From assembly GCF_009914755.1 (NCBI RefSeq), contig NC_060936.1: a stretch of 64,000 nucleotides of DNA; one strand, written 5' to 3'. Made by a program: the position numbers and the translations under genes. Below, one piece after another: positions 14,101 to 26,771 of the stretch. Below the pieces are notes generated by a model, which searched no databases, was not told where the DNA came from, and saw only the letters and a program-made list of their open reading frames with translations. The stretch comes from the human T2T-CHM13v2.0 reference genome, Homo sapiens. Position 1 is the stretch's first letter. Every line of letters starts with the position of its first letter.

Positions 14101-17100
14101 CCGGGGGATCTTGCATACCTGGCCTGCACCCAAGGTGCACAAAAAGCCCACGGGGGGCACCCTAAAATGACAAAAGGCCCCGAGTGAAGGTCAGGATTGA
14201 AAAGGGAGGAGAGGCAGCTGTGGAAAGAAGAAAAACAGTGCAGCAGAGACGGGGTCCTGGGTCCGCCCTTTGGAAGAAAGTGCCTTCCCAGCAGCCCCTG
14301 CGTGGGGACCGCGGGGGTCATGGGGTGCGTGTCCCACCAACGGGGGCCACCCCTAATAGCAAGAAGGCCCGTAAGATAACATAAGCCTTGAAAGGGGAGG
14401 TCAAGGCACCTGTGGAAGGAAAAAAAGAGGCACGGCCGAGAAAGGCGACCTGGGTCCTTCCACGGAAGGTAGTGCCTTTCCAGCAGCCCCGCATGGGGTT
14501 CACAGGGGTCATGGGGTGCGTGTGTCAACCACGGGGGGCACCCCAAAGCTGCAAGAAGGCCCATAAGGGAAGATAACGCTTGAAAGTGGAGGTCAAGGCA
14601 ATCATGGAAGGAATAAAAACGGGGCATCTGAGAAAGCGGGCCTCGGTCCTCCCACGGATGAAAGTGCCTTACCAGCAGCCTGTGCATGGGGTCTGCGGGG
14701 ATAGTGGTGTGCGTGTTTCACCCACGGAGGGCACAATAAAGCATCAAGAAGGCCCGTACGGGAAGATAAGGCTTGAAAGGGGAGGTCGAGGCACCTGCGG
14801 AAGGAAAAAAATTGGTGGGGCTGAAAAGGGGGAACCTTGGTCCTCCCGCCCACTGGAGGCACCCCAAAGCGACAAAAGGCCCTGAAGTGAAGCTCCAGAT
14901 CAAAAGGGGAATGGGAAGCAGCTGTGGAAGGAAGAAAATGGTGTGGCCGAGAAGGGGGGCCTGGGTCCTTCCATGGACAAAAGTGCCTTCAGAACAGTCC
15001 CTGCGTGGGATCCTCGAGGATCGTGGGGTGCGTGTCTCATCCACGAGGGGAACCCCAGCGCCACAAGAAGGCTCGTAATGGAAGATAAACTTGAAAATAG
15101 AGGTCGAGGCACCTGTGGAAGGAAGAAAAATGGCGCATCCGTGAAAGGGGGACTGGGTCCTTCTACGGACAGAAGTGTCTTCACAGCAACCCCTGCGTGA
15201 AGTCAGCGGGGATCGTGGGATGCGTGTTTCACACACGGGGGGCACCCCAAAGCATAAAGAAGGCCCATAAGGGAAGATACGGCTTGAAAGCGGAGGTCGA
15301 GGCACCTGTGGAAGGAAAAAAAATGGCACGGCCAAAAAAGGGGGTGTGGGACCTTACACGGATGGAAGTGCCATCCCAGCAGCCCCAGTGTGGTCTGCAG
15401 CATCGTGGGTTGTGTGTCTCACCCACATGGGGACACCCCAAAGCCGCAAGAAGGCCTGTAAGGGAAGATAAGGCTTGAAAGGGGAGGTTGAGGCACCTGT
15501 TGAAGGAAAAAAATTGCGATGCCGAGAAAGGGGGTCTGGGTCCTTCCTCGGACCAAAGTGCCTTCCCAGCAGCCCCTGCGTGGGGTCTGAGGGCGTCGTT
15601 GGGTTCGTGTATCAGGCGGGGGCACCCCAATGCGGCAAGAAGACCCATAAGGGAAGATAAGGCTTGAAAGGTGAGGTCGAGGCACCTGTGGAAGGAAAAA
15701 AAAAAAACTGCGGGGCCAAGAAGCGGGACCTTGGTACTCCCACGGACGAAAGTGCCTTCCCAGCAGCACCTGCATGGGGCCCTGGGGATACTGGCATCCT
15801 TGGTTCGCAACCACAGTACCTGTCGCACCAATGGGGTCTCCCCAAAGCAGCAAGAAGGGCCATAAGGGGAGATAAGGCTTGAAAGTGGAGGTAGAGGCTC
15901 CTGTGGAAGAAAAAAAATGCGTGGCAGAGAACTTGGACCTGGGTCCCCCTAGTGGAAGAAAGTGCCTTCCCAGCAGCCCCTGCGCAGGGCCCCGGTATCC
16001 TGGCATCCCTCGTTCACACCCACGATGTGTGTCCCACATGCCAGGGGCAGCAAAAATCGGGAAGAAGGCCCAGATTGGAAGACAAGTCTTGAAAGGGGAG
16101 GTAGAGGCACCTGTTGAAAAACATGGAGAGGAAGAGAAGTTGCCCCTGGGTCAACCTACGGACGAAAGTGCCTTCCCAGTAGCCTCTGCGCGGGGCCCCC
16201 GGGAAACGTGCATCCCTAGTTCGCACCCATGGTGCATGTCCTGCACGCGGGGGACACCCCAAATAGACAAGAAGGCCCATAAAGGGTGATAAGGCTTGAA
16301 AGTGGAAATAGAGGCACCTATGGAAGGAAAAAAATGGTGCGGCAGAGAAGGGGACCTGGGTCCCCCCACGGACGAAAGTCCTTTCCCAGCAGCCCCTACG
16401 TGGGGCCGCGGGAATCCTGGCATCCCTGGTTCGCATGCACAGTGCGTGTCGTGCCCACGGGGGTGCACCCCAAAGTGGCAAGAAGGCACAAAAGAGGAGA
16501 TAAGGTTTGAAGGTTAAGATAGAGGCACCTGTAGAAGGTAAAAAATGGTGCGGCAGGGAAGAGAGGCCTGAGTCCCCCCACGGACGAAAGTGCCTACCCA
16601 GCAGTCCCTGTGCAGGTCCCCAGGAATCCTGGCATCCCTGGTTCGCACCCACGGTGTGTGCTGCGCCCACCGGGGGGAACCCCAAAGCGGCAACAGGCAA
16701 CTGTGGAAGGAAAAAAACCCGCGTGGCAGAGGATGGGGCCAGGTTCCCCCAACGTAAGAAAGTGCCTTCCCAGCAGCCCCTACGGGGGGCCCCAGGTATC
16801 CTGGCATCCCTGGATCACACCCATGGTGCCTGTCTTGGTGGCGGGGGCACCCCAAAGTGGCAAGAAGGCCCAGAAGGGAAGATAAGGCTTGAAAGAGGAG
16901 ATAGAGGCACCTGTGGAAGGAAAAAAATGGTGTGGCAGTTGAGGGGGGCCTTCGTCACCCCACGGATGAAAGGCCCTCCCTAGCAGCCCCTGCACAGGGC
17001 CCGGGGGATACTAGTATCACTGGTTCACAACCACTGTGCATGTCACGCCCACGGCGGGCATGCCTAAGTGGCAAGAAGGCCCAGAAGGGAAGATAAGGCT

Positions 17101-20100
17101 TGAAAGGTGAGTTAGCAGTAACTGTGGAAGGAAAAAAAATGGCGCAACAGAGGAGGAGTGCCTCATCCCCCCTCAGAAGAATGTGCCTTCCCAGCAGCAC
17201 CTACAGGGGGTCCCGGGTTTCCTGGCATCCCTGGATCGCACCCATGGTGCATGTCATGGTGGCGGGGCACCCCAAAGTGGAAAGAAGGCCCAGAAGGGAA
17301 GATAAGGCTTGAAAGGGGAGGTAGAGCACCCGTTGAAGGAAAAAAATGGCGTGGCAGAGGAGGGGATCCTGGGTCTCCCCACAGATAAAAGTGTCTTCCC
17401 AGCACCCCCTACATGGGGACCCAGGGAAACTGGTGTCCCTGGTTCGCATCCACAGTGTGTGTTGCGCCCACGGGGACCACCCCAAAGCAGCAAGATGGCC
17501 CAGGAGGAAAGATAAGGTTTGAAAGGGGAGGCAGAGGAACATGTGGAAGGAAAAAAAAGGTGCGGCAAAGCAGGGAGACCTGGGTCCCCCCAGGCACGAA
17601 TGTACATTCCTAGTAGACCCTGCGCGGGGCCCTGGAGATCCTGGCGTCCCTGGTTCACACCCATGGTACATGTCGCACCCAAGAGGGGCACGGCAAAGTG
17701 GCAAGATGGCCCTAAAAGGAAGATAAGGCTTGAAAGGGGAGGTAGAGTCACCTGTGGAAGGAAAAAAATGACACAGCAGAGGAGGGGTGCCTCCGTTCCC
17801 CCCACGGCCAAAGTGCCTTCCTAGCAACACCTGTGCAGGGTCCTGTGGATCCGGGCATCCTTGGTTCGCACGCATGGCGCGTGTCGCACACATGGGGCGC
17901 ACCCCCAAGTGACAAGAAGGCCTAGAAGGGAAGATAAGGCTTGAAATGGGAGGTAGAGGCACCTGTGGAAGGAAAATATATGGCGTGGTATAGGAGGGTA
18001 TCTGAGTCACCCCACGGACGAAAGTGTCTTCCCAGCAGCTCCTGTGAGGTGCCCCGGGCATCCTGGCGTCCCTGGTTTGCACCAACGGTGTGTGTTGCAC
18101 CCATGGGGCCACCCCAAAGCGGCAAGAATTCCTAGAAGGGAAGATTAGGCTTGAAAAAATATGGCTCGGCAGAGTAGGGGGGCCTAGGTCCCCCCACGGA
18201 TGAAAGTTCCTACCCAGCAGCCACTGTGCGGTGCCCCGGGGAACCTGGCATCCCTTGTTCACACCCATGGTGCATGTCCTGCCTGTGGGGGGCACCCAAA
18301 AGCGTCAAGAACGCCCAGAAGGGAAGATAAGTCTTGAAAGGGGAGGTAGAGGCAACTGTGGAAGGAAAAGAAAACGATGTGGCAAAGGAGGAGGGCCTGG
18401 GTCCCCCCACGGAGGAAAGTGCCTTCCCAGCAGACACTGCGCAGGGCCTCGGGGATCCTGGCATCCCTGGTTCGCATCCACGGTGCGTGTCGTGCATGTC
18501 AGGGGGCACCCCAAAGCAGCAAGAAGGCTCAGAATGGAAGATAAGGCTTCAAAGTGTTGGTAGAGGCAACCGGGGAAGGAAAAAGTAAGGTGCAGGAGAT
18601 TAGGGAGTCCTGAGTCACCCCACGGATGAAAGTGCCTCCCCAGCAACCACTGTGTGGGGCCCTGGAGAACCTGGCATCCCTGGTTTGCACCTATGGTGCA
18701 TATCGCACCCACTGGGGCACCACTAGCTACAAGAAGCCCCAGAAGGAAAGATAAGGCTTGAAAGCGGAGGTAGAGGAAACTGTGAAAGAAAAAAACAACA
18801 ACAACGGTGCAGCAGAGGAGGGGCTCCTGGGTCCTCCCATAGACAAAAGTGCCTTCCCAGCAGTCCCTGCACGGGGCACCGGGGATCCTGGCATCCCTGG
18901 ATTGCAACCACGGTGTGTGTTGCACCCGCAGGGGCACCCCAAAGCGGCAAGAAGGCCCAGAAGGGAAGATAAGGCTAGAAAAGGGAGGTAGAGGCACCTG
19001 TGGAAGGAAGAAAAATGGCGCAGCAGAGGAGGGGGCCTGGGTCCCCCCACTGATGAAAGTGCTTTCCCAGCAGCCCCGAGCAGGGCCCTAGGGATCCTGG
19101 CTTCCCTGGTTCATACCCTCAGTGTGTGTCACACCACCGGTTGGCAACCCAAAGCAACAAGAAGGCCCAGAATGGAAGATAAGTCTTGAAAGGGGAGGTA
19201 GAGGCACCTGTGTAAGAAGAAAAAATGGCGTGGCAGAGGAGTGGGGCCTGGGTCACTGCATGGACGAAAGTGCCTTCCCAGCAGCTGCTACACGGAGCCC
19301 CGGAGATCCTGGTGTCCTTGGATCGCACCCACTGTGCGTGTCGTGCCCGCAGGGCCACCCCCAAAGAGTCAAGAAGTCCCAGAAGGGAAGATAAGGCTTG
19401 AAAGGAGAGGTAGACGCGCCTGTGGAAGGAAAAAAAATGGTACGGCAGAGGAGGGGGGCCTGGGACCCTCCACGGACAAACCTGCCTCCCAGCAGCACCT
19501 GCATGGGTTTGCAGACATACTGGCGTCCCTGGTTCACACAAATGTTGCTTTTTGTGCCCATGGGGTTCACCCCAAAGTGGCAAGAAGGCCCAGAAGGGAA
19601 GATAAGGCTTGAAAGGGGAGGTACAGACACATGTGGAAGGAAAAAAAATGGCGTGGCAGAAGAGAGATGCTTCGGTCCCCCCACGGATGAAAGTGGCTTC
19701 CCAGGAGCCACTGCGCGGGTCCCTGGGGATCCTGGCATCCCTGGTTCGGAACCACGCTGTGTGTCGCACCCGCTGGGGACACCCCAAAGTGGCAAGAAGA
19801 CTGAGAAGGGAAGTTAAGGCTTCAAAAGGGGAGGTAGAAACGAAGGTGGAAGGAAAAAAGATGTCACGGCAGTGGAAGGGGGCCTGGGTCCTCCCATGGA
19901 GGTAAATGCCTTCCCAACAGCCCCTGCGGTGGGCCCTGGGGATCCTTGTATCGCTGGTTTGCACACACAGTGAATGTCACGCGTGGGCAGGTAGCACAAA
20001 ACGGCAAGAAGGCCCAGAAGGGAACATAAGGCCTGAAAGGGGAGGTAGAGGCACTTGTGGAAAAAAACATGGCGCAGCAGAGGAGGGGGGCCTGGGTCCC

Positions 20101-23100
20101 CACAAGGACGAAAGTGCTTTCCCATCAGCCCTGTGTGGGGACATGGGGATACTGGCATCCCTGGTTCACACCCATGGTGCATGTCGTGCCTTCAGGGGGG
20201 CGCCCCAAAGCGGCAAGAAGGCCAAGAAGGGAATATAAGGCTTGAAAGGGGAGGTAGAGGAACCTGTGGAAGGAAAAAAACTCGTGGCAGAGGAGGGGTG
20301 CCTGGGCTTTCCCACAGATGAAGGTGCCTACCCCGCAGCCCCTGTGCCAGGCCCCGGGGATCCTGGCGTCCCTGGTTCACACCGACCGTGGATGTTGCGC
20401 CCCTGGGGGGCACCTGGAAGTGGCAAGAATGTCCAGAATGGAAGATAAGGCTTGGAAGGGGATGTAGAGGCACCTGTGAAGAAAAAAAAGCTGTGTGGCA
20501 GAGAAGGGGGCCTAGGTCCCCCACGGATGACAGTGCCTTCCCATCGGACCCTGCGTAGGGCCCCGGGGACACTTGCTTCCCTGGTTCACACGCACTGTGC
20601 TTGTCGCACCCGTGGTTGGCACCCAAAAGCGGCAAGAACTCCCAAAATGAAAGATAAGGCTTGAGTGGGGAGGTAGAGACACCTGTGGAAAGAAAAAAAA
20701 TGGCGTGGCAGAAGAGGGAGACCTGGGTCCCTTCACAGACGACAGTGGCTTCCCAGCAGTCCCTGCATGGGGACCCGTGGATCCTGGTGTCCCTGGTTTG
20801 CACCCACGATGCGTGTCGTGTCCACTGTGGGCAACTAAAAGTGGCAAGAAGGCCGAGAAGGGAAGATAAGGCTTGAAAGGGGAGGTAGAGGCACCTATGG
20901 AAGCCTGGGTTGCCCACGGAGGAATGTGACTTCCTAGCAGACCCAGCGTGAGTACCTGGGGATACTTGCATCCCTGGTTCGCATTCACGGTGCGTGTCGC
21001 GCCCTTGCGGGGCACCTCAAAGCGGCAAGAAGGCCCAAAAGCGACGATAAGGCTTGAAAGGGGATGTAGACCTGTGGAATGAAAAAAAAAAAAGGCACGG
21101 CAGAGGATAAGGGCCTGGTTCGCATCACAGACGAAAGTGCCTTCCCAGAAGCCGCGGCTTGGGGTCCTGTGGATGTTGGCATACCTAGTTCGCACCCACA
21201 GTGTGTGTCGCACCCACGGGCGGCACCCCAAAGTGGCAAGAAGGCCCAGAAGGGAAGATAAGGCTTGAAAGGGGCGGGACAGACAGAGGGCAAGAAGGTC
21301 CAGAAGGGAAGATAAGGCTTGAAAGGGGAGATAGAGGAACCCGTGGAAGGAAAAAAAAATGGCGCAGTAGAGGAGGGGGGTCTGGATCCCCCCCACGGAC
21401 AACGGTACCTCCATAGCATCCCCTGCATGGTGCCTTGGAGATCCTGGCATCCCTGGTTCACACCAAAGGTGCATGTGTCTCACAAAGGGGGCCACCCGAA
21501 TGCGGCAAGAATGCACAGAAGGGAAGATAAGTCTTGCAAGGGGACATAGAGGCACCTGTGGAAGGAAAAAAATGGTGCAGCACTGGAGGGGTACCTGGGT
21601 CCCACCACGGACGAAAGTACCTTCCCAGCAGCCCCTGTGGTGGGCCCCAGGGATCCTGGCATCCCTGGTTTGCACCCACGGTGAATGTCACATGTGGGCG
21701 GGCACCACAAAAATGGAAAGATGGCCCAGAAGTGAAGATAAGGCCTGAAAGGGGAGGTAGAGGCACTTACGGAAAAAAAAATGGCACAGAAGAAGAGGGG
21801 GGCCTGGGTACCCACACAGATGAAAGTGCCTTCCCAGCAGCCCCTGCGCGGGGACATGGGGATACTGGCATTCCTGGATCACACCCATGGTGTGTGTCGC
21901 ACTTGTGGTGGGCACCCCAAAGTGGCAAGAAGGCCAATAAAGGAATATAAGGCTTGAAAGGGGAGGTAGAGGAACCTATGGAAGGAAAAAATCTTGTGAC
22001 AGAGGAGAGGGGCCTGGGCCTTCCCACCGATGAAAGTGCCTTCCCAGCAGCCTCTTCGCCGGGCCCTGGGGATCCTGGCATCCCTGGTTCACACCGACGG
22101 TGTGTGTCGCACCTGCAGGGGGCACCCCAAGCGGCAAGAATGTCCAGAATAGAAGATAAGGGCTGGAAGGGGAGGTAGAGGCACCTGTGAAGGAAAAAAA
22201 AAACTGCGTTTCAGAGGAAGTGGCCTCTGACCCCACGGATGAAAGTGCCTTCCCAGCAGCCCCTGCGCGGGGCCCCGGGGACCCTCGTGTCCCTGGTTCA
22301 CACTCATGGGGCGTGTCGTGCCCACAGATGGCACCCGAAAGTAGCAAGAAATCCCAGAGGGAAGATAAGACTTGATAGAGGAGGTAGAGGCACCTGTGGA
22401 AGGAAAAAATACAGCACTGCAGAGGAGGGGGGCCTGGGTCCCCCCAGGGAAAAAAGTGCCATCCCAGCATCCCCTGCGCATGGCCCCGTGGATCCTGGCA
22501 TCCTTGGCTCGCACCCACGGTGTGTGTCACGCCCACTGTGGGCACCCCAAAGTGGCAAGAATGTTGAGAAGGGAAGATAAGGCTTGAAAGGGGAGGTAGA
22601 GGCACCTATGTAAGGGAAAAAAATGGCACAGCTGAGAAGGGGGCCTGGGTCCCCCTACGGAGGAATGTGACTTCCCAGCAGCCCCAGTGTGGGGACCTGG
22701 GGATACTTGCGACCTTGTTTCGCATTCACGATGCATGTTGTGCCCTTGGGGGGCACCCTAAAGCAGCAAGAAAGCCCAGAAAGGAAGATGAGTCTTGAAA
22801 GGGGAGGTAGAGGCAACTGTAGAATGAAAAAAAGTCACAGCAGAGGATGGGGGCCTGGGTCGCATCACAGATGAAAGTGCCTTCCCAGAAGCCCCTGCTT
22901 AGCGCCCAGGGAAAACTGGCATCCTAGTTCGTACCATCCGTGCATGTCACACGTGCGGGGAGCACCCCAAATCAGCAAGAAGGCCCGTAAGCGAAGATTA
23001 AACTTAAAAGGGTAGGTAGAGACACCTGTGGAAGGAACAAAAACGGTGCAGCAGAGGAGGGGGGCCTCGGTCTCCCCACGGAAGAAATTGACTATCCAGC

Positions 23101-25380
23101 AGTCCCTTCATGGGGCCCCGGGAATCCTGGCATTCCTAGTCGGCACCAATGGTGCGTGTTGTGCGCACAGGGGGCACCCCAAACAGCAAGAAGGCCGAGA
23201 AGGGAAGATAAGGCTTCAAAGGGGAGGTAGTGGCACCTGTGGATGGAAAAAATACTGGCACGGCAGTGGAGGGGGATGTGGGTCCCCCACGGGTGAAACT
23301 GCCTTCCCAGCAGCCCCTCCGTGGGGACCCATGGACCCTGGCATCCCTGGTTCACACACAGTGTGTGTCACGCCAATGGGGGCACCCCAAGGCGGCTAGA
23401 AAGCCCAGAAGGGAAGATAAGGCTTGAAAGGAGAGGTAGAGACACCTGTGCAAGGAAAAAAAATAGCGTGGTAGAGGAGGGTGGCCTGGGCCCCCAAGGG
23501 ACGAAAGTGCCTTTTTGCAAGGCCCCGAGGACACTGGCATCGCTGTTTCACACCCACAGTGAGTGTCGCACCCAGGGGGCACACTGCAATGTGGCAAGAA
23601 GGCCCAAAAAGAAAGGTAAGTCTTGAAAGGGGAGGTATAGGCACTTGTGAAATGAAACAAAATGACGCGGCAGAGGAAGGGGGCCTGGGTCACCACATGG
23701 AAGAAACTGCCTTCCCAGCAGCTCCTACATCATGCCCCTGGTATAGTGGCATCCCTGGTTTGCACCCACGGTGGGTGTCGTGCCCGCAGGAGGCACCCCA
23801 AAATGGCAAGAAGGCCAAGAAGGTAAGATAAGGCTGGAAAGGGGAGGTAGAGGCACCTGTGGAAGGAAAATAAATGTCACGGCAGAGGAGGGGGCCTGGG
23901 TCCCCCCATGGAAGAAAGTGCCTTCCCAGCAGTCCCTGTGCGGGGTCCCGGGGATACTGGCATCCCTGGTTCACACCCACAGTACATGTTGCGCCCATGG
24001 GGGGGCACCCCAAAGTGGCAAGAAGGCCCAGAAGGAAAGATAAGGCTTGAAAGGGGAGGTAGAGGCTTCTGTGGAAGGAAAAAAAAAGGGACGGCAGAAG
24101 AGGGGGGCCTCGGTCCCCCAACGCACGAAAGTGCCTTCCCAGTAGCCCCTGTGCTGGGCCCCGGGGATCCTGGCATGTCTGGTACACACCCACAGTACCT
24201 TTCACGCCCACAGGAGGCACCCCAAAGTGGCAAGAAGGTCCAGAAGGGAAGATAAGACTTGAAAGGGGAGGTGGACGCACATGTGGAAGGAAAAAAAAGG
24301 CACAGCAGAGGAGGGGGCCTGGGTCCCCCCTCGGATGAAATTGCCTTCCCAGCAGACCCTGCGCGGGTACCCAGGGATCCTGGCATCCCCAGTACGGACC
24401 TACGGTGCGTGTAGCCTCCATGGGGGGAACCCGAAATTGGCAGAATGCCCAGAAGGGAAGACAAGACTTGAAAGGGGAATTAGAAGCACCTATGGAAGGA
24501 AAAAAATGGCGCAGCTGAGAGGAAGGCCTGGGTCACAGCACGGACGAAAGTGCCTTCCCAGCAGCCTCTGCATTGGGCCACTGGCATCCTGGTATCCCTG
24601 CTTCGCACCCACGGTGTGTGTCGCTCCCACAGGTGGCACCGCAAAGCAGCAAGAAAGCCCAGAAGGGAAGATAAGGCTTGAAAGGGGAGGCAGAGGCACC
24701 TGTGGAAGGAAATAAATGGCACGCAGAAGAGGGAGGCCTGGGTCGCCTCACGGACGAAAGTGCCTTCCCAAAAGCCCCTGCATGGGGACGTGGGGATCCT
24801 GGCAACCCTGGTTCACAACCATGGTGCATGTCATGCCCGTAGGGACTACCCCAAAGCGGCAAGACGGCCCAGAAGGGAAGATAAGGCTTGAAAGTTGGGG
24901 GCAGTTGAACCTGTGGAAGGGAAAAAAGGCGCCATAGAGGAGGGGCGCCTGGGTGCCCCCACGGAAGAAAGTGCCTTCCCAGCATCCCCTGCACTGGGCC
25001 CCGGGGATCCTGGCATGCCTGGTTCACACCCACGGTGTGTGTCACACCCGCGGGGGCTCCACAAAGTGGCAAGAAGCCCCAGAGTGGAAGATAAGGCTTG
25101 AAAGGGGAGGTAGAGGCAACTGTGGAAAGAAAAAATGGCATGGCAGAGAAGGGTGGCCTGGGTCCCCCGACGGAAGTACTTGCCTTCCCAGCAGCCCCTT
25201 CGCCATGCCCCGGGGATCCTGGCATCCCTCATTAGCACCCACCATGTGTGTTGCACGCGTGGCCTGCAGCCCAAAGCGGCAAGAAGACCCAGAAGGGAGG
25301 ATAAGTATTGCAAGTGGAGGTAGAGGAAGAAATGGAAGGAAAATATATGGAGCAGCAAAGGATGGGAGCCTGGGTCCTCC
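11125..25380 (+). repeat. Gamma satellite class A, block 3 (left of LTR12)
   Basis: Tandem 195/212-bp units. Diagnostic bases change from CATAAGGG/GTCGAGG to CAGAAGGG/GTAGAGG around 15.8-16.8 kb. Confidence 0.85.
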
Positions 25381-25416
25381 TGAGAGGTGACAGCATGTTG
25401 GCAGCCCTCACTCGCT

Positions 25417-25467
25417 CTCGGCTTCCCAAAGTGCTGGGATTACAGGTGTGAGCCACTGGGCCTGGCT
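25417..25467 (-). mobile_element. Alu fragment (51 bp, 5' end of an Alu) embedded in the LTR12 U3
   Basis: CTCGGCTTCCCAAAGTGCTGGGATTACAGGTGTGAGCCACTGGGCCTGGCT matches the reverse complement of Alu positions 1-51 with about 6 mismatches, several of them CpG transitions. No poly(A) tail and no TSD. Confidence 0.9.
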
Positions 25468-25829
25468 GGCAGCTGCGGAGGGTGTGCCGGGTCCCCCAGC
25501 AGTGCCGGCCCGCCCGCGATGTGTTTGAATTATCGCAGGACCTCAGCTGCCTCCCCATGGGGCAGGGCTTGGGACCTGCAGCCCGCCATGCCTGAGCCTC
25601 TCCCCCACGGCCTTGGGCTCCTGCATGGCCCGAGCCTCCCCGACGAGCACCGCCCTCTGCTCAGTGGTGCCCAGTCCCATCCACCGCTCAAGGACTGAGG
25701 AGTGCAGGCGCACAGCGCGGGACTGGTGGGCAGTTCTGCCTGCAGCCCCTGTGCAGGATCCACTAGGTGAAGCCAGCCGGGCTCCTGAGTCTAGTGGGGA
25801 CTTGGGAAACTTTATGTCTAGCTAAGGGA

Positions 25830-26130
25830 TTGTAAATACACCAATCAGCACTCTGTGTCTAGCTCAAGATTTGTAAACACACCAATCAGCACCCTGTGTC
25901 TAGCTCAAGGTTTGTAAACACATCAATCAGCACCCTGTGTCTAGCTAATCTAGTGGGGACTTGGAGAACTTTTGTGTCTAGCTCAGGGATTGTAAACACA
26001 GCAATCAGCACCCTGTCAAAACAGACCAATCAGGTTTCTGTAAAACAGACCAATCAACTCTCTGTAAAATGGACCAATCAGCAGGATGTGAGTGGGGCCA
26101 GATAAGGGAATAAAAGCAGGCTGCCTGAGC
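25830..26130 (+). promoter_or_regulatory. LTR12 U3 enhancer/promoter (NF-Y CCAAT array, GATA, AATAAA TATA-like box)
   Basis: Intact CCAAT at 25841, 25882, 26026, 26050 and 26074; GATAA at 26101; AATAAA at 26109-26114. This matches the known ERV9 LTR promoter layout. Activity is not shown by the sequence. Confidence 0.65.
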
Positions 26131-26548
26131 CAACAGTGGCAACCCTCTCGGGTCCCCTTCCACACTGTGGAAGCTTTGTTCTTTCGTTCTTTGCAATATA
26201 TCTTGCTGCTGCTCGCTCTTTGGGTCCGCACTGCCTTTATGAGCTGTAACATTTACAGCGAAGGTCTGCAGCTTCACTCCTGAGGCCAGCGAGACCACGA
26301 ACCCACCTGGAGGAACGAACAACTCCAGACGCACCGCCTTAAGAGCTGTAACACTCACCACGAAGGTCTGCAGCTTCACTCCTGAAGCCAGCGAGACCAC
26401 GAACCCACCAGAAGGAAGAAACTCTGACACGTCCGAACGTCAGAAGGAACAAACTCCAGACACACCGTCTTTAAGAACTGTCACACTGCGAGAGTCCGCG
26501 GCTTCATTCTTGAAGTCAGAGACCAAGAACACATCAATTCCGGACACA

Positions 26549-26710
26549 CTCCCATAGCAAAAGTGCCTTCTCAGCAGCTCCTGCACGGGTCCCGGGTATC
26601 CTGGCGTCCCTGCTTCACACCCATGGTGCGTGTCGTGCTCACGGGGACACCCCAAAGTGGCAAGAAGACCCAGAAGGGAAGATAAGGCTTGAAAGGGGAG
26701 GTAGAGGCGC
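26549..26710 (+). repeat. Gamma satellite class A, end of block 3
   Basis: Remainder of the monomer interrupted by the LTR, running up to the strand switch. Confidence 0.85.
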
Positions 26711-26771
26711 TGGTGCCTCTCCCTCCCTTTCAAGCCTTATCTTCCCTTCTGGGTCTTCTTGCCACTTTGGG
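26651..26771. repeat. Near-perfect palindrome at the strand switch (about 60-bp arms, 2-nt spacer)
   Basis: 26651-26710 versus the reverse complement of 26713-26771: the first 47 nt are identical, followed by 1 indel and 2 substitutions. Spacer is TG at 26711-26712. Confidence 0.9.

Larger units (their letters stand above)
25381..26548 (+). mobile_element. Solo LTR of ERV9 (LTR12 family, LTR12C/D-like), internally deleted, with 4-bp TSD CTCC
   Basis: Begins TGAGAGGTGACAGC and ends CAATTCCGGACACA (TG...CA). Contains tandem CCAATCAGCAC/TCTAGCT U3 repeats, GATAAGGGAATAAAAGCAGGCTGCC, and duplicated U5 GAAGGTCTGCAGCTTCACTCCTGA repeats. Flanked by CTCC at 25377-25380 and 26549-26552; removing the LTR restores the satellite register. 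Confidence 0.95.

Noticed and set aside
18787-18805. (CAA)n microsatellite within an A-tract
   Set aside because: Only about four units; ordinary slippage.
25381-26548. Full ERV9 provirus or ORFs within the LTR
   Set aside because: A TSD directly flanks a single LTR, with no PBS, gag, pol or env. The short ORFs are typical spurious LTR12 translations.
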